A stretch of DNA of 59,511 nt, filler included, from Sphacelaria rigidula (taxonomy: Eukaryota), in the NCBI GenBank assembly GCA_964200075.2. It is 5 parts of 5 records of this genome, joined end to end, with 100 filler letters (N's around TTAATTAATTAA, not from the genome) between each part and the next. Parts side by side here need not be neighbours in the genome. Positions count along the whole stretch, not along the records: positions 11,925 to 23,746 come from CAXNAA020004456.1; positions 23,847 to 35,668 come from CAXNAA020004457.1; 3 more parts are not named here. The stretch is one strand, 5' to 3'. This document shows, piece by piece, positions 12,262-23,890 of the stretch. The notes beneath the pieces were generated by a model. It searched no databases. It saw nothing but the letters and a program-made list of their open reading frames with translations, and was not told where the DNA came from. A program made the position numbers and the translations under genes. Within the stretch, counting starts at the first letter, position 1; each line of letters opens with the position of its first letter.

Positions 12262-15200
12262 CTGAAGTTTATGCTGCAATGCTCCGTGTCACCGCATATC
12301 GTGGGTCCAAGCGCTCTTCGGACGTGCTCCAATACGTAGGCCTCGTCTTGACCAGGAAGGGTTCGGCAATCTACCGTCACCTGTTGGAGAGGATGGCCGA
12401 CGAACCCAAACCAGACATTGTGTGAGAAAGTGATTCCTTGACAGAAACCTGAGGGAATTTGTCTCTTCCACGTGGTGCTTCCCACAACGGGATGTATACT
12501 TCCTCTGTCCCATAAGTAAAGTCCGTTATGGGGGATAGGCCATACCTCGCCAACGGAGGTGCTCACGATGTTATGGTGAGGCTCGTTCAAAATATATAGT
12601 TGTGGAGATGGCCACTGAAAAAATCAAAAATATAATAATCGACCCACAACCTTAGAATGATTGGGTCAAACATGGCCAAATTTCGACCAAATTCCGTCCA
12701 ATCTGTACATTTCCGGCCGAATTTCGACGAATTTGGCTTGTTTTGAAGTAATTGGAGGCTGTAATGTAAACGAGTGGTTTCGGGCTTCCCGTGACTATCG
12801 TATGTCAGCAATTAACCCGGGAAAAAGAGCCAGTTCTGCTGTTTTCGCGATTTTTGCCGTTTTTCGGGTTCCAGGGGTCTTCTCTGTGTTCTGGTAAAGG
12901 GGCGAAATATGGCCATTTGGGGGGCGAGTGATCCTTTATCGGCTGTTCGGGCACGCTGGCTGCTGTGAAAATAGACGAAAAAAACGCATTTCAACTGAAA
13001 AAAAACTGAATATTAAAAAAAAAACTGTCACCTACGGCATTGGACACGGTCAAGGGTCCCTGTGATCATGACGGACTTTACTCATGGGACAGAGGAAGTA
13101 TGGCTCAGCTCCTTCGGCGAGGGGGCAATCTAACGTTCTACTACTTCGCGTGTCCCGCGCCCCGTACCTCCAGTATTGCCAACATGCCACAGGGTACAGT
13201 ACCACTCAATGTGTAACATTCTGCAGTATCTACCACGACATGTTTTCGGGGTGAACAACCCTACGTTTCCTCTGAACCAGCGAGCGCAACCACTTGAATT
13301 CGAGCTGAGGTAATAGCTGAAGCGAGAAGGCATTCCCACTCCGGTAATGTGGCGGGCATCTCATGCCAGCCCGGATTTGAGCACCTTACCGCGAGCCTCA
13401 CCACCGCAACTCTGCCCCCAGCATTGATAAATCGCATTTCGGCCACACGAGCCTCGAAACTGCCCTGAGTGCACTTGAAACCTCCATCTCCGTGTCAAAC
13501 CCGAACGGTCTTCTTTTTCTCACATAACACTGCCCATGCTGTGTTCAGTACTTCAGGGTCAACCCCAGTTTATCTTGGCAAGAGTTTTTCACTGCTCTTG
13601 GCTTCAAGAGTGCCTCGCACTGGACCAACTCTTTTTTATGGCTTCATCGATGGGGCTGGAAGGGTACACAACCAGCCGTAGTCGTGCGGCGTCATGGGAG
13701 AGTGCATGTCCCGCACGTGGTCCGCAGTTCGTGGCACACCGAGTGCACGCCCTGACGGCAGCATCGAAAAAAGTGGCAAAATGAAGTATGCTTTTTCCAG
13801 TTTGGGGACAAGAGACTGCCCATTTTGTTCACAAGTTGAGTTGAAAATTTTGACCTTCGCGACTGGCCAGGAAGGCGTGCAACGTACTCTGGAGTAGTTG
13901 CACCATTGCAGGGATTCTGCTTGTCGCGCTGCACTAGATTGTGGTAGTGTCACGTGCCCCGGGGACACTTTTTTGTCTAAACCAGCGGAGCCAGTCTCTA
14001 TCTCAACGGGAGATCGAGGTAATCCTTCGACATGTCTGGATGAACAAAAAATATTGCGTTCCTCACCAGGAACGTCATTATTTTCACTCCTGACTAACGC
14101 TCAACATGCCCCCAAAAACCCACACTAACGGACCGATTCAGCGCTTCAGGGTATGTCGATGATGCTCGAGCATCACTCCGGTCGAACGATCCGTGGAGGT
14201 GTTTACCTTGCAGCATGCATCTTCTTGTGGCGCACAACTCGCGGTTCTTGTGCCCCGCCTCACGCCCTCGTGGTGATGAAAAACGCCTCCGCCAAAACGT
14301 CATGAAACGTTCCTTTTTCTGCACACTTCAACCCATTTTCGTCAAAAACATGCGCGACATACCCTACGAAACGACTCTGCGCCTTCCGATCTTCTGCGCT
14401 TTTCGGTCTCCTGTTTTCATGATTTCCAAGTCAAACTTATACTGCATATGTTGTGTGGTTTCTTCGTCATTCAGTCACTCAGACCAATACCCTTCCAAAC
14501 TGAAATAACCCGCAAAAGACAAGCATGATGAGAACCACGGCACTCACCGTGCATACACCCGGAATAACATTTCCCTTGACACCTCCGACGAGGGCGTTGG
14601 GCGACAACGTCATCCGCGTGAGAGCATTTCCCACTGGAGCAACAGGGCTACCAGCCCTTTGAAGCAAAGCCAAAACCGCCGGTAAGAGGTGCGAGAAGGT
14701 GAGAAGGAATCCCAAGAGACCTGGGAGCTGCAGCGCTTCAACAAACGCCCGCCATTCTGAGGGGAGACCACCGACAGAAGAGCCGAGCATGAGGAAAAGA
14801 TCGCAAGCAAGCACGAGAAACGACGAAAGAAAAAGAATATCACTTCGTGGCGATATGAATTGAATTTTACCAGTGCTTTCGGTACACACGAGCCGGTGCA
14901 TTGCCATACGCGCCAAGAGCACTTCGCGGAGTCTCTAAGCGATAGCGAGCCCTGGCTCATGTGAAATCGCGTTGGTCACCCTCGTCATTGTTGTGTCCAC
15001 TTCGTCATGGCGGTTGGAGCCTAGGGGACGGAAATGTTGCTCGGCTCCGTCGAAAGCCTGCCATTTTGAGATGAAACGACTAGGGACACGAGCGGGAGGG
15101 CGGCCGGTACAACGGTATGTGTTCGACCCGTTGCTATGTTCCGATACCAATATCCGAAAAATGTATATCCGTGGCTCGCTTATTTCACGCTGTGTACGGA

Positions 15201-18200
15201 AAGCGCATTTGTTCATCCGCGACATATTTCCAGGATGACCAGACGGCACGCTAAGTGGCCTGATCCCCAACGCAATTTGTCGGCAATCCACGCTAAAATC
15301 TCGAAGGTAGGTTCGACAACTAGAGAGTAGGGCCGAAGCCTCCGGATCAGCCGGTCTTCCGTGGGAGCCCAGTGTTCTCGCTCATGTACATGCCTATAAT
15401 GGAAAAATAAAACAGCCACTAGGAAAGTATGCTTTAAAGGGGATTCTAAGGGGATCGACGCCACCGATGATCGGTAATGAACGATCGGATGTGAGACCCG
15501 CGGTAAAATACCGCAGGCCAGGTCATTATAGTAGTCAACATTTAAAGTTCACATTATCGACTGAAGGTAATTGTTTCAGATTGTTCGGTTATCACGACTT
15601 ATCGCGGTTTATGTTTGATAAATGATACCCCCCTCTGGAACCGAGAGACATGAGTACCTGCGACCAGCTTCAAGTGAGATACGGACAACCCGGTCTTTGG
15701 GAGCCCTACGAGTGTACAACCCCCCGTTCTCGCTCTTTGATCTTTTCGCTCGAACGAACCCACCTGAATTGTTATAATGAACAATTATTTGCCTCCAGTT
15801 TTTCTATTTTCGCGATATCCATTGCGCTACAGTCGAAACAAACGTGTTTTTGGGGCATGTGCGGTCAATAACACCCCCTCGGTGAACAGGTTCTTACTCC
15901 GTACCTTCCCGACAACACAAAGTTGGGAAATGTGTCCTGTGCACGGCCTGATTCCTTTTCCAACGCGTACCGACTCTCAAACTCTCGAGTAAAGGTGAAA
16001 CATCTTTCTTGGAAAAATCCTGATAGGGAGACTGTCATAGTTTAAGTTCGACTGCTGTATCACTCGACAGATTCACGGACGCTGCTACTGCAGCATGTGG
16101 AGTCCACTCCATACTGAGTGGGGGATATGAGGGGCGAAGGGAGTAGGGAGAGCGCACCTATCTAGGACAGTCCTGCAGCATGTCATATTGTTATATTCCA
16201 CGGCAATAATTTACCGTAAACCCGGCCGGGTACGTCCATGGCAACAAGAAGTGGTATATCTCTCAGCTATTGCACCACACCAAACATTGTTATTTGATTT
16301 GATTGATTGATTGTGGCACCATAACTGACCACCCATGGGTCCAGCCGTGGTCGCATGATAGACGTACCCAAGAAAAGCAAAACTGAAACACGTTGTATAA
16401 ACCCGAAATTGCCGGGGGGGGGGGGGGGGAGTCGGTTACTCTAAATCCAAACAATTAGGCCGCCAGGTGTAGGCAGACTTCCGGAAATGAATTTTAGTCC
16501 AAGTGTTGCAAGTATGCTCCTGGGCCCGAGAAGAATGACTTACACGGTGTTCGAGAGAGACTGATACGAGTTGATCGCGAGCCAGAAAGATCGAACTGAT
16601 TCGGAGATTGAAAAGCAACAGTGAGGCCGTTGATTTCGAAGTTACCTGGGAACTACGGCGCGCCCTGTCGGGAGGGTGTAGGAAAAGACCAGTTCACCAA
16701 ACCAGTTGTCATTTTTACTTTACATGATTCCTGCAGCTATTGCAGCCGCTTGCAAAGGCCCTCATACTGCCCGTATGCTGTTTTTTTGCCGATGTCCAAT
16801 TTTTTGTGCAAGGTTAGAGAAGGGGGAGGGGGGAAGCGGGGTGCAATACCCCAACTTGATGGTAACAATGTTACTTTGCGACAAGAACAAAAGTGCACAT
16901 GTTGGTCCGTCGATATCGTTTTTCGCGTAACAAAACGGTTATACGGATAATTTTCCACCTAGGAAATGACTTGCTCTACTGTCCAAGAGGATTCCGACGC
17001 ACTTTGGCGCTATTTGGTGCGCGCAGTTTGACTCCGAGTCGGATAAACGAATCACGCAAAACCGCACGAACTGTCCTGATTCCGATTCCCTCAGGAGACT
17101 TCCGGCAACCAGCAAGTTTTACACGAAGTTTTCCTCGATCAAAAGTCGAACGGCGTGCACCGAAGTTCTCCCCTCCGAGACTAGAGCACTTTCTCCGGTG
17201 GCAGTGTCTTCCTCACCGTCGTTTTACCCGATAAAATGCTGTCGAAAGGCCAGAATATGTATTTCTCGTCGAAACAACACACCGTCCCCATGAAAACGGC
17301 GGTATAAATTACCCATCGATTAGGAGTGATATTTCCGGGACACTTGCGTCCCCGGGATAAACGGTGAACATCCCATGGTAGCACGACACGTCACCAGCCC
17401 AATGTGGCGGTGCTCCATCCTACGCCAGTATGGCGGAGTCCTTTCGAGAACAATAGTGGGTCAGACTTGCGGCAGTGCATTCTGGAGTGCACGATGGTGG
17501 CGCATCGCACTCAAAGGGCGTCACGCTTTCTTGGACCCCACGAGGCATGTTTTGATCATACTCTAAACGCGTGCCTTTACTCGGGTCGAGTCCGCAGCCC
17601 CAAGGGATCAACGGAACTCTTCCCCGGTATCTGCACGACATTTTACTATCGCGGATTGGATAATGACCATCAGTACACTTGCACCGTCGACTCTCATCAG
17701 ACTTCCCGTTGCTGCCCGTGTCCTCATGCCTTCGACGACAGGAACCAGATTCTGCTCAGAAGCACCGCATCCGTTGAGATCCAAACGCCCAATCTTCCGC
17801 CTTGCCTCGTCGTTGGTGTGCTAGTCAGACCAGTGACGCACGGCGACCCCTGGAGGTGAACGTCGCCGCAGTCAGCGCAGTACAGCAATCTCTCAGTACA
17901 CAGCAATCTCTGTCTTTCTCTGTCTCTCTATCTGTCTCTGTCTCTGTCTCTGCCTCTGCCTCTGTCTCTCTCTGTCTCTGTCTCTGTCTCTGTCTCTGTC
18001 TCTCTCTGTCTCTGTCTCTGTCTCTACATATCTCTCTATTCTCTGTCTCTCTGTCTCTCTGTCTATGTCTCTGTCTCTGTCTCTCTGTCTCTGTCTCTGT
18101 CACTGTCTCTGTCTCTGTCTCTGTCTCTGTCTCTGTCTCTGTCTCTGTCTCTGTCTCTGTCTCTGTCTCTGTCTCTGTCTCTGTCTGTCTGTCTGTCTCT

Positions 18201-21200
18201 CTCTCGCTCCGTTGTATGGAGGTGAGCATCATCGCAGTTAGCGCAGCACAGCTCCCTCTCTTTCTCTCTCTCCACCCCCCCGTTGATGGCGGTCTGTCTT
18301 ACTTTCAACGCTCCCCTTTTCCCCGGAACGAGATCCTATAGAGTCAAGGGCGGTATGCCTTACATTCCTCGATGCTCCCCTATTCTCTCCGGGACGGGTT
18401 CTTGTAGTCTCAAGGATTAACTTCGTTCCGCCTCGGTATTCGCCGTGCACCTTGTTATCGAGCATCGAATCGACATTTCTGCATTCTGTCTGCTTTCATC
18501 CAACTGCATTGACATTAACTCAATTCCTAAATCGCGTGCCAATCCTCGTTCCCTCCGGGAAGAAGGCCGTACTGTCGGGATTTTAGCCCGCAACATTCCC
18601 CCGAACTAGTCTTGACGTACCACGCTTACCGCAGGGGCGCGTTGGCGACAGCCGTACGATCAATATCAGGGATAGTATCTGAGTCGCATCGAATTTTGCA
18701 CGTTAACATTGAAAATGGTCGCGCCTTGGTAGCCGTCGTCATTGATCAGTCCATACCTCCGCGTTCGCGGTTGTAATTCCAGAAATTTGAAAAGCAAATA
18801 TAGCAACAAGATCGGATTCAGCAGGATGAGCTACTAGTGATTTCCTACATGGACGACGTATTCGAAGAATCGAACTATACTCATTCGGTATCTCGCTGTG
18901 TTGCACAGGATATTCGTATCCACGAACACATGCGATGCATTAATATGCGTGGAATATGTCCACACTCTGGACAATATGTGGTCAATAGCTGCAATAGAAA
19001 AAAAAAAAACTTGTGTGTGAAGTTAGGGTATTGCGACTATTGCGTATTGGTCCAGGGTGTGAAGTACGTCTGAGAAATGGTGAGATGAAAATGTGGGCGT
19101 CATACGACAATACTGTAACGCACACGCGACAAATGCAACCAACCCTTGTTTACGGTACGATACCACCCGACTCATACTTGCTGCGTTCATCCTGTTGTCG
19201 TCGAAAACGTTTTGTATCCCCCATGTACATGATACTCGAAGGGAAGAAAAATAGGGCTGCGACCTGGCAGGAGATGCCTTTACGAAAACTACCGCGGCAG
19301 TAACGATCCCCTTGCAAAGATCGCCTAACGTCCCTGGCACAGGGGATCCCCCAGGTCACACCGCCTTACGTAGTATGCTATTTCGCGTCACTTTCTGTTC
19401 ATGTTCGCCGCTCGACGGTGTCCAAAAAGGGGAGGATCCAAGGAGATGGTCAAAGGGTTCGTGAGAAACGAGAATCCCGGGAGTTCGTCGAAGGTTTCCG
19501 AAAGCGAAGATTCGAACACGGACCGGGAACGCTCGAAAACAATACGAACGCGAAAAACGTAGCATTTCGAGGCCACATATGAGTTGACTACGGAAGCATA
19601 CTTTTCCTGCGCGCATACATCCCATTCATCTCGCAACTTTCATATCTGCGCATTCTTTCCTCATTTGCATATTTGCAAAACGTTGACACGGACACACTAC
19701 AACCCTCCAAACACGGTGCTGAAATTTCCCTCTCCACTGACTCTCAACCGCGGGAAGCCCAACCCTATCTGCGCCAATACACCCACCAAGCCCTACCCCC
19801 CGTTTGTCTCTCCGGCAACCGATTTCCCGTCCTCTTTTACTGCCATCAAGGAAAATCAGGAGGGGTTGCGCTTGGTCGCCGGGTGCCTCCGACAACCGAT
19901 CCGCTGATCAGGCGAAATGCTTGATAAGTCCCTCGTGTTCGCCTTACACTGGCGACCAGTGTCCCCACAGTAACATTGATTCGTATGACTGATTGATCAC
20001 TGCACTGTCCAGTCACTGGCCGGTCGCCCCGGTGGGTCAGATGGTATCCTCGAAACCTCCTGACGGGTGGGTCGTGGGTTCAAATCTCGGAGCGATTCGG
20101 GATTTTTTCTCACACAATGCCCAACAGGGGAGAGCGACTGTGTCGTGGGTACACAAAATTCGACTCAATGGCCGACGAGGGAAAGGGACCGCTGGACCCC
20201 TCTCGCGATGAAAAAAAAAGAGGGCAAGCACCGCAGATGGAAGGTGGAGAACTAAAACAAACAAAAAGCAAAAACTCCTGTGTTGGCCTTCCTCCCACGT
20301 GACCCCGGCTGGTGCGCCCGTATATACCAAAAGGTGCAGACCGGCGTCCAGAATGGAGGAGACGACAACAACACACTCTGCATCTGATTCCGCAGGGATT
20401 CAGCCGTGGTTACATGAAAGACGTACCCGAGACGAAATAATACTGAAACATGCGCTGAAGAAAAGTGCACAATACAGAATTTGCGGCCCTGGGACTCAAA
20501 GCCGCAGCGAGTTACCGATCACTCAAAATACTCTTCGGCGTCCACGCACAGGACAGCCTTTTAATTCGGCGAGCGACCCACTCGCCGACGCTCATTCCCG
20601 CCTTGCTTACCGTAACGCGTACTCGATACTTGCCTGGCGTGATGACCGTGGGAGCCTCGTACCGAGCGATCTTTTGCACCACCTCAGCGGCGCGAACGAG
20701 CGCGTTATCTGCAGCTTTGGGTACAGAGCCGTGTCCTGGTCGCCCCCTTAAGCACACCTCCACGATTGCCGTGCCTGGATCACACGGGGCCGCATCGTAT
20801 GGGAGGGTACACCAACGAAACTGATACTGAACAACGAAGCCAAAAGTTAACCAACAGCTGCCGACGGGGTGAAACTTTAAAAAAGCTTGGTCGGAGATAC
20901 AACAAATGCAGACACGAACCCCCCCAAAAAGGCATGACCATCTATCTCTGACTGCCTTCGTGGACAGCGTATGGACGCCAAGTAGATGTTTTGAGTTGCT
21001 GTGTTTTTTCGCAGGGAGCTCGAAATCTTCTCGAAAGATGACATACATGTGCGCTTTGTCACGGTGTCTGAAATGCTGGATCGTGTTGTGCCTACTCATA
21101 CGGGTAGGAGCAATATGAACGTCCACAGCAGGTCGTGCGACTGGGGTGTCGTCTAGGGAGTCACACACGGCCTTCGAGATATACCAGCAGCAGAAATTCA

Positions 21201-23296
21201 CGGGTATGTCGGGTAGAGTACTTCCTACATTTGGCTATTTGGAAAATATCTAACTTCAAGTACCCAAAACTTGGGAGAGTGTTGATTTCGTACTCAACAA
21301 CACCCAGATACCGGGTAGAGTATTGCGATCGTGCCTAACCATACTCAATATTTGGGTAAAGGTTGAAAACCGGACCATCGCAAGCTAAAATTCGGCGAGA
21401 GTAAATACCCGGTTATTTCCCCTACTCAACACACCCTTGAAATAAGTCTCCATCGCAACTGGTACATGGAAACACAGACAAGAAAACGTGTTACAATACG
21501 TTCAACACCTGGCGCGTGCACTGTTACAAGATGCCTTCTGTATTTGGCCGATCATTTCTAACCCTCATATTTCGTGGTGATCTTACCTACTACATTGTCG
21601 TGTGCTCGGGCTTCGGCAAGGTATGGCGTTCGGCGTTTGTCCATAAAACAACGTGCGAGAGTTTTGCCGTGGACGAGTGCAGCAGCTCGTAGTGCAAGAT
21701 GTATTTGGCAGCGACAGATATAGAGCGACTTGCACCACACCGAAATGATTCGCACTGATATTTTGTTTTCTGGTAGGCAGCGAACTAAGCGCTACCAACA
21801 AACTGCTTCACAGTACTCAGCCAAAACTGGACATTAGAGCACCCGATGAACAGTCAGAAAGAGAGCACAAGATTTCAACATACGTCGACACTGCTACCAT
21901 AAAAGGATACTGGTGACCCGTCCGCCTTCGCCCGCCACAGCATTCCGCCACCCCTTAACACCCACACGAGTACACCCCTTCACACCCGGCAAAGAACAAC
22001 ACCGGGCAACCTAGGTGTGCACTCTCTCCGCCTCACCCTTTTCAGATGTGCTCTGGAAAAATGACAACGAAGGCCGCAGCTTAAAGTCAGGAATCGAGGC
22101 ACCCCCCAGTTCGGTGACGCAGAAATCGGCGGAGAACAGATCCTTTAGGCCAGGGTCGCTGAGAATAAACCTGTGTTGGGGATGTAAAGGATGGGTTGAG
22201 GTATTGGAGATTTAGCTCAGGCTCAGCAGTAGTTTGATCCTTCGACTTCGCAAGGATCGAGGATCTTCATCGCAGGGATGCCGTGCGTGGACAACGTACA
22301 AGAAACGCGTATCCCGTCGTTGTGGCACAAAATGGATCAACCTCGACGAATTTCGCCCAAAAATGTTTCAAGGCTGTGGTAAGTAATATGCGTAGGATTC
22401 GATTTATCAGCCTTAGAAGGGCAGCGTTTACGAGGGGGAAAGTTGAGTCGGGGCGAGGGGAAGCATTGCTCAGGGTGAATTTATTTTTAGACTTTGTGTC
22501 AAACTGGTATCAGCAGCTCCAGACAAGTCAATGTCAAGAGCTGTCCACGAGATTAGATAACCGTTCGCACACGAGACGATGAGCGAGGCATGTACTGGAA
22601 TGGCGTCAGCCTTGCTTCCATATTTGGCTGAGAGAGAAGCAATGTAAAAACGTCAGTTGCACGTATGCCAGAAACGTCATTCTGGGCAACATCAGGAAAA
22701 AACACACAATTTCAGGCGTTAATGATCAAGGGTAATATCTGCCGCCGGGTGCTCCTTATCGTTGTCCATCTCGAGCCGGTGTCGATGTACGAGCCCTAGG
22801 AATCACCATACCACGATGGATTACACGCGGTTGTCCATAAAAAAACTAGCATTCATTGCTGAGGTTGGGGACTGACGCCCATTCGTTGTATGCCTCCCCA
22901 AGTATGAAGTGTTCAATCGATCCTGTCCTGGGGTCCAGAAAACTCACTTTGCGCCGTCCTCACCCCCTTGCTCCTCGTCGCTAACCGCACAGAACAAGAG
23001 CGTCCCCTTTAGCTTTGCCCCTGTCCCAGAAGCATGAAACAGCACACTCAAATGATCGGAAACGTGCGAATCGTTAGCGTGCTCTACGGGCGTCAGTTGT
23101 TGCACAGCCTGGCATGCGTTTGAGTCTGTCGTCTACTGCAGCAGCTGATGTATTTTTAAATCGAAGTGGGCAAGCGCTGACGATTTCGGTAATGGCTCGC
23201 CCAAGTCTTGGTGTGGGTTGTGATGTATCCCTCACCGCTCTCTTTGATGTGAACGAACGTGACCGCCATCGCTGCCACCGTGCTGAGCATATCCAC
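12262..23296 (-). CDS. M20/M25/M40 family metallopeptidase, partial at both ends. Exons 23296-23236, 23020-22948, 22170-22037, 20774-20634, 14756-14548, 12380-~12262
   Basis: Spliced product [118 protein letters not shown] shows the M20 motifs DML, DEE, EKG, GHGS, NVIP and D.R.LPG in order. All five junctions are phase-consistent; the last donor is uncertain. Confidence 0.92.
12499..13098. mobile_element. 600-bp Stowaway-like (Tc1/mariner) MITE in an M20 intron
   Basis: TIR CTTCCTCTGTCCCAT(A/G)AGTAAAGTCCGT(T/C)ATG (~32 bp) with TA on both sides (12497-12498, 13099-13100). Confidence 0.9.
16088..16183. mobile_element. Small insertion with 11-bp TSD
   Basis: CTGCAGCATGT at 16088-16098 and 16173-16183 flank 74 bp containing the hairpin CCACTC-CATACT-GAGTGG. 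Confidence 0.55.
17618..17838 (-). mobile_element. SINE family B, degenerate copy
   Basis: TCGCGGATTGGATAATGACCATCAG..CGTCGACTCTCATCA..GTCCTCATGCCTTCGACGACAGGAACCAGATTCTGCTCAGAA. Confidence 0.6.
17906..18205. repeat. (GTCTCT)n microsatellite between ~40-bp direct repeats
   Basis: Directly visible; TGGAGGTGA..CGCAGT(C/T)AGCGCAG(T/C)ACAGC recurs at ~17851 and ~18217. Confidence 0.95.
20019..20375 (+). mobile_element. tRNA-derived SINE, family A, copy 2 (M20 intron)
   Basis: A box TGGGTCAGATGG, B box GGTTCAAATC, (CAA)n-like tail; colinear with 161-508. Confidence 0.8.
21199..21439. mobile_element. Degenerate MITE with CAC/CAA-GGG ends
   Basis: Ends CACGGGTATGTCGGGTAG and CTACTCAACACACCCTTG; flanks AAATT/AAATA; internal GGGTAGAGTA repeats. 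Confidence 0.55.
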
Positions 23297-23746
23297 CTTC
23301 GTTACAAGCAGACACGCAAAAAAGGAGGGCACGTTCCCGAAAAAAAAAAACCGAACAATGCCTCAGGCCGCACAAGGCACCCAGTACCCTTTCCGTACAT
23401 TTCACGGCCGCACATGATTGAAGCACTAGACCCGAACCCCGAAAGAGTAGAGCGGCACGTGAACTGCGCCAACTTAAAGAGAGGGTTTTGTAAGCTCAAC
23501 CCTTACACTGCCTTGAGCAAAGCTTCCTGAACGCTCAGCGCGCCTACCCCAACTGACCATGACTGCCGTGAGGCGGTCTAGTCTAGCTTCCGGGTAATCC
23601 GCACACGAACACGCTCGCGGGGTAAGTGTTGCGTGAGGCTTCCTCCTTCCTTCTGAGGCGCGCGCGCGCGAGGGGGGGGGGGGGGGGGGGCCACGTGTTG
23701 GTAAATGCAATATGAAAAAGACAATATACGCGACAGGCCAAAAAAA

Positions 23747-23846
23747 NNNNNNNNNNNNNNNNNNNNNNNNNNNNNNNNNNNNNNNNNNNNTTAATTAATT
23801 AANNNNNNNNNNNNNNNNNNNNNNNNNNNNNNNNNNNNNNNNNNNN
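23747..23846. other. Artificial contig linker
   Basis: N44-TTAATTAATTAA-N44. Confidence 0.98.
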
Positions 23847-23890
23847 AACCAATGGCCCAAAATACCCCCCCCCCTATCGTAGGATGACTC
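23847..23890. mobile_element. Right end of a Sola2-like MITE, cut by the contig end
   Basis: TACCCCCCCCCCTATCGTAGGATGACTC resembles the terminus at 37805-37833. Confidence 0.65.

Noticed and set aside
11877-12339. Poly-Leu/Ile/Arg/Asn ORFs (also at 17802-18341, 40160-40502 and 46469-47018)
   Set aside because: Translations of microsatellites.
7914-12380. M20 gene continuing into the contig-1 exons
   Set aside because: Separated by an artificial linker, and those exons lack M20 C-terminal motifs.
22612-22627. 16-nt micro-exon (A)KYGSK with a GG donor in the M20 gene
   Set aside because: Not needed: the upstream exon reads on to a perfect GTGAGT donor at 22947, giving [14 protein letters not shown] in phase.
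23537-23562. MVSWGRRA as the M20 WGRGA exon
   Set aside because: Needs a GA donor, a G-to-R change and an extra residue; the true exon probably lies beyond the contig end.
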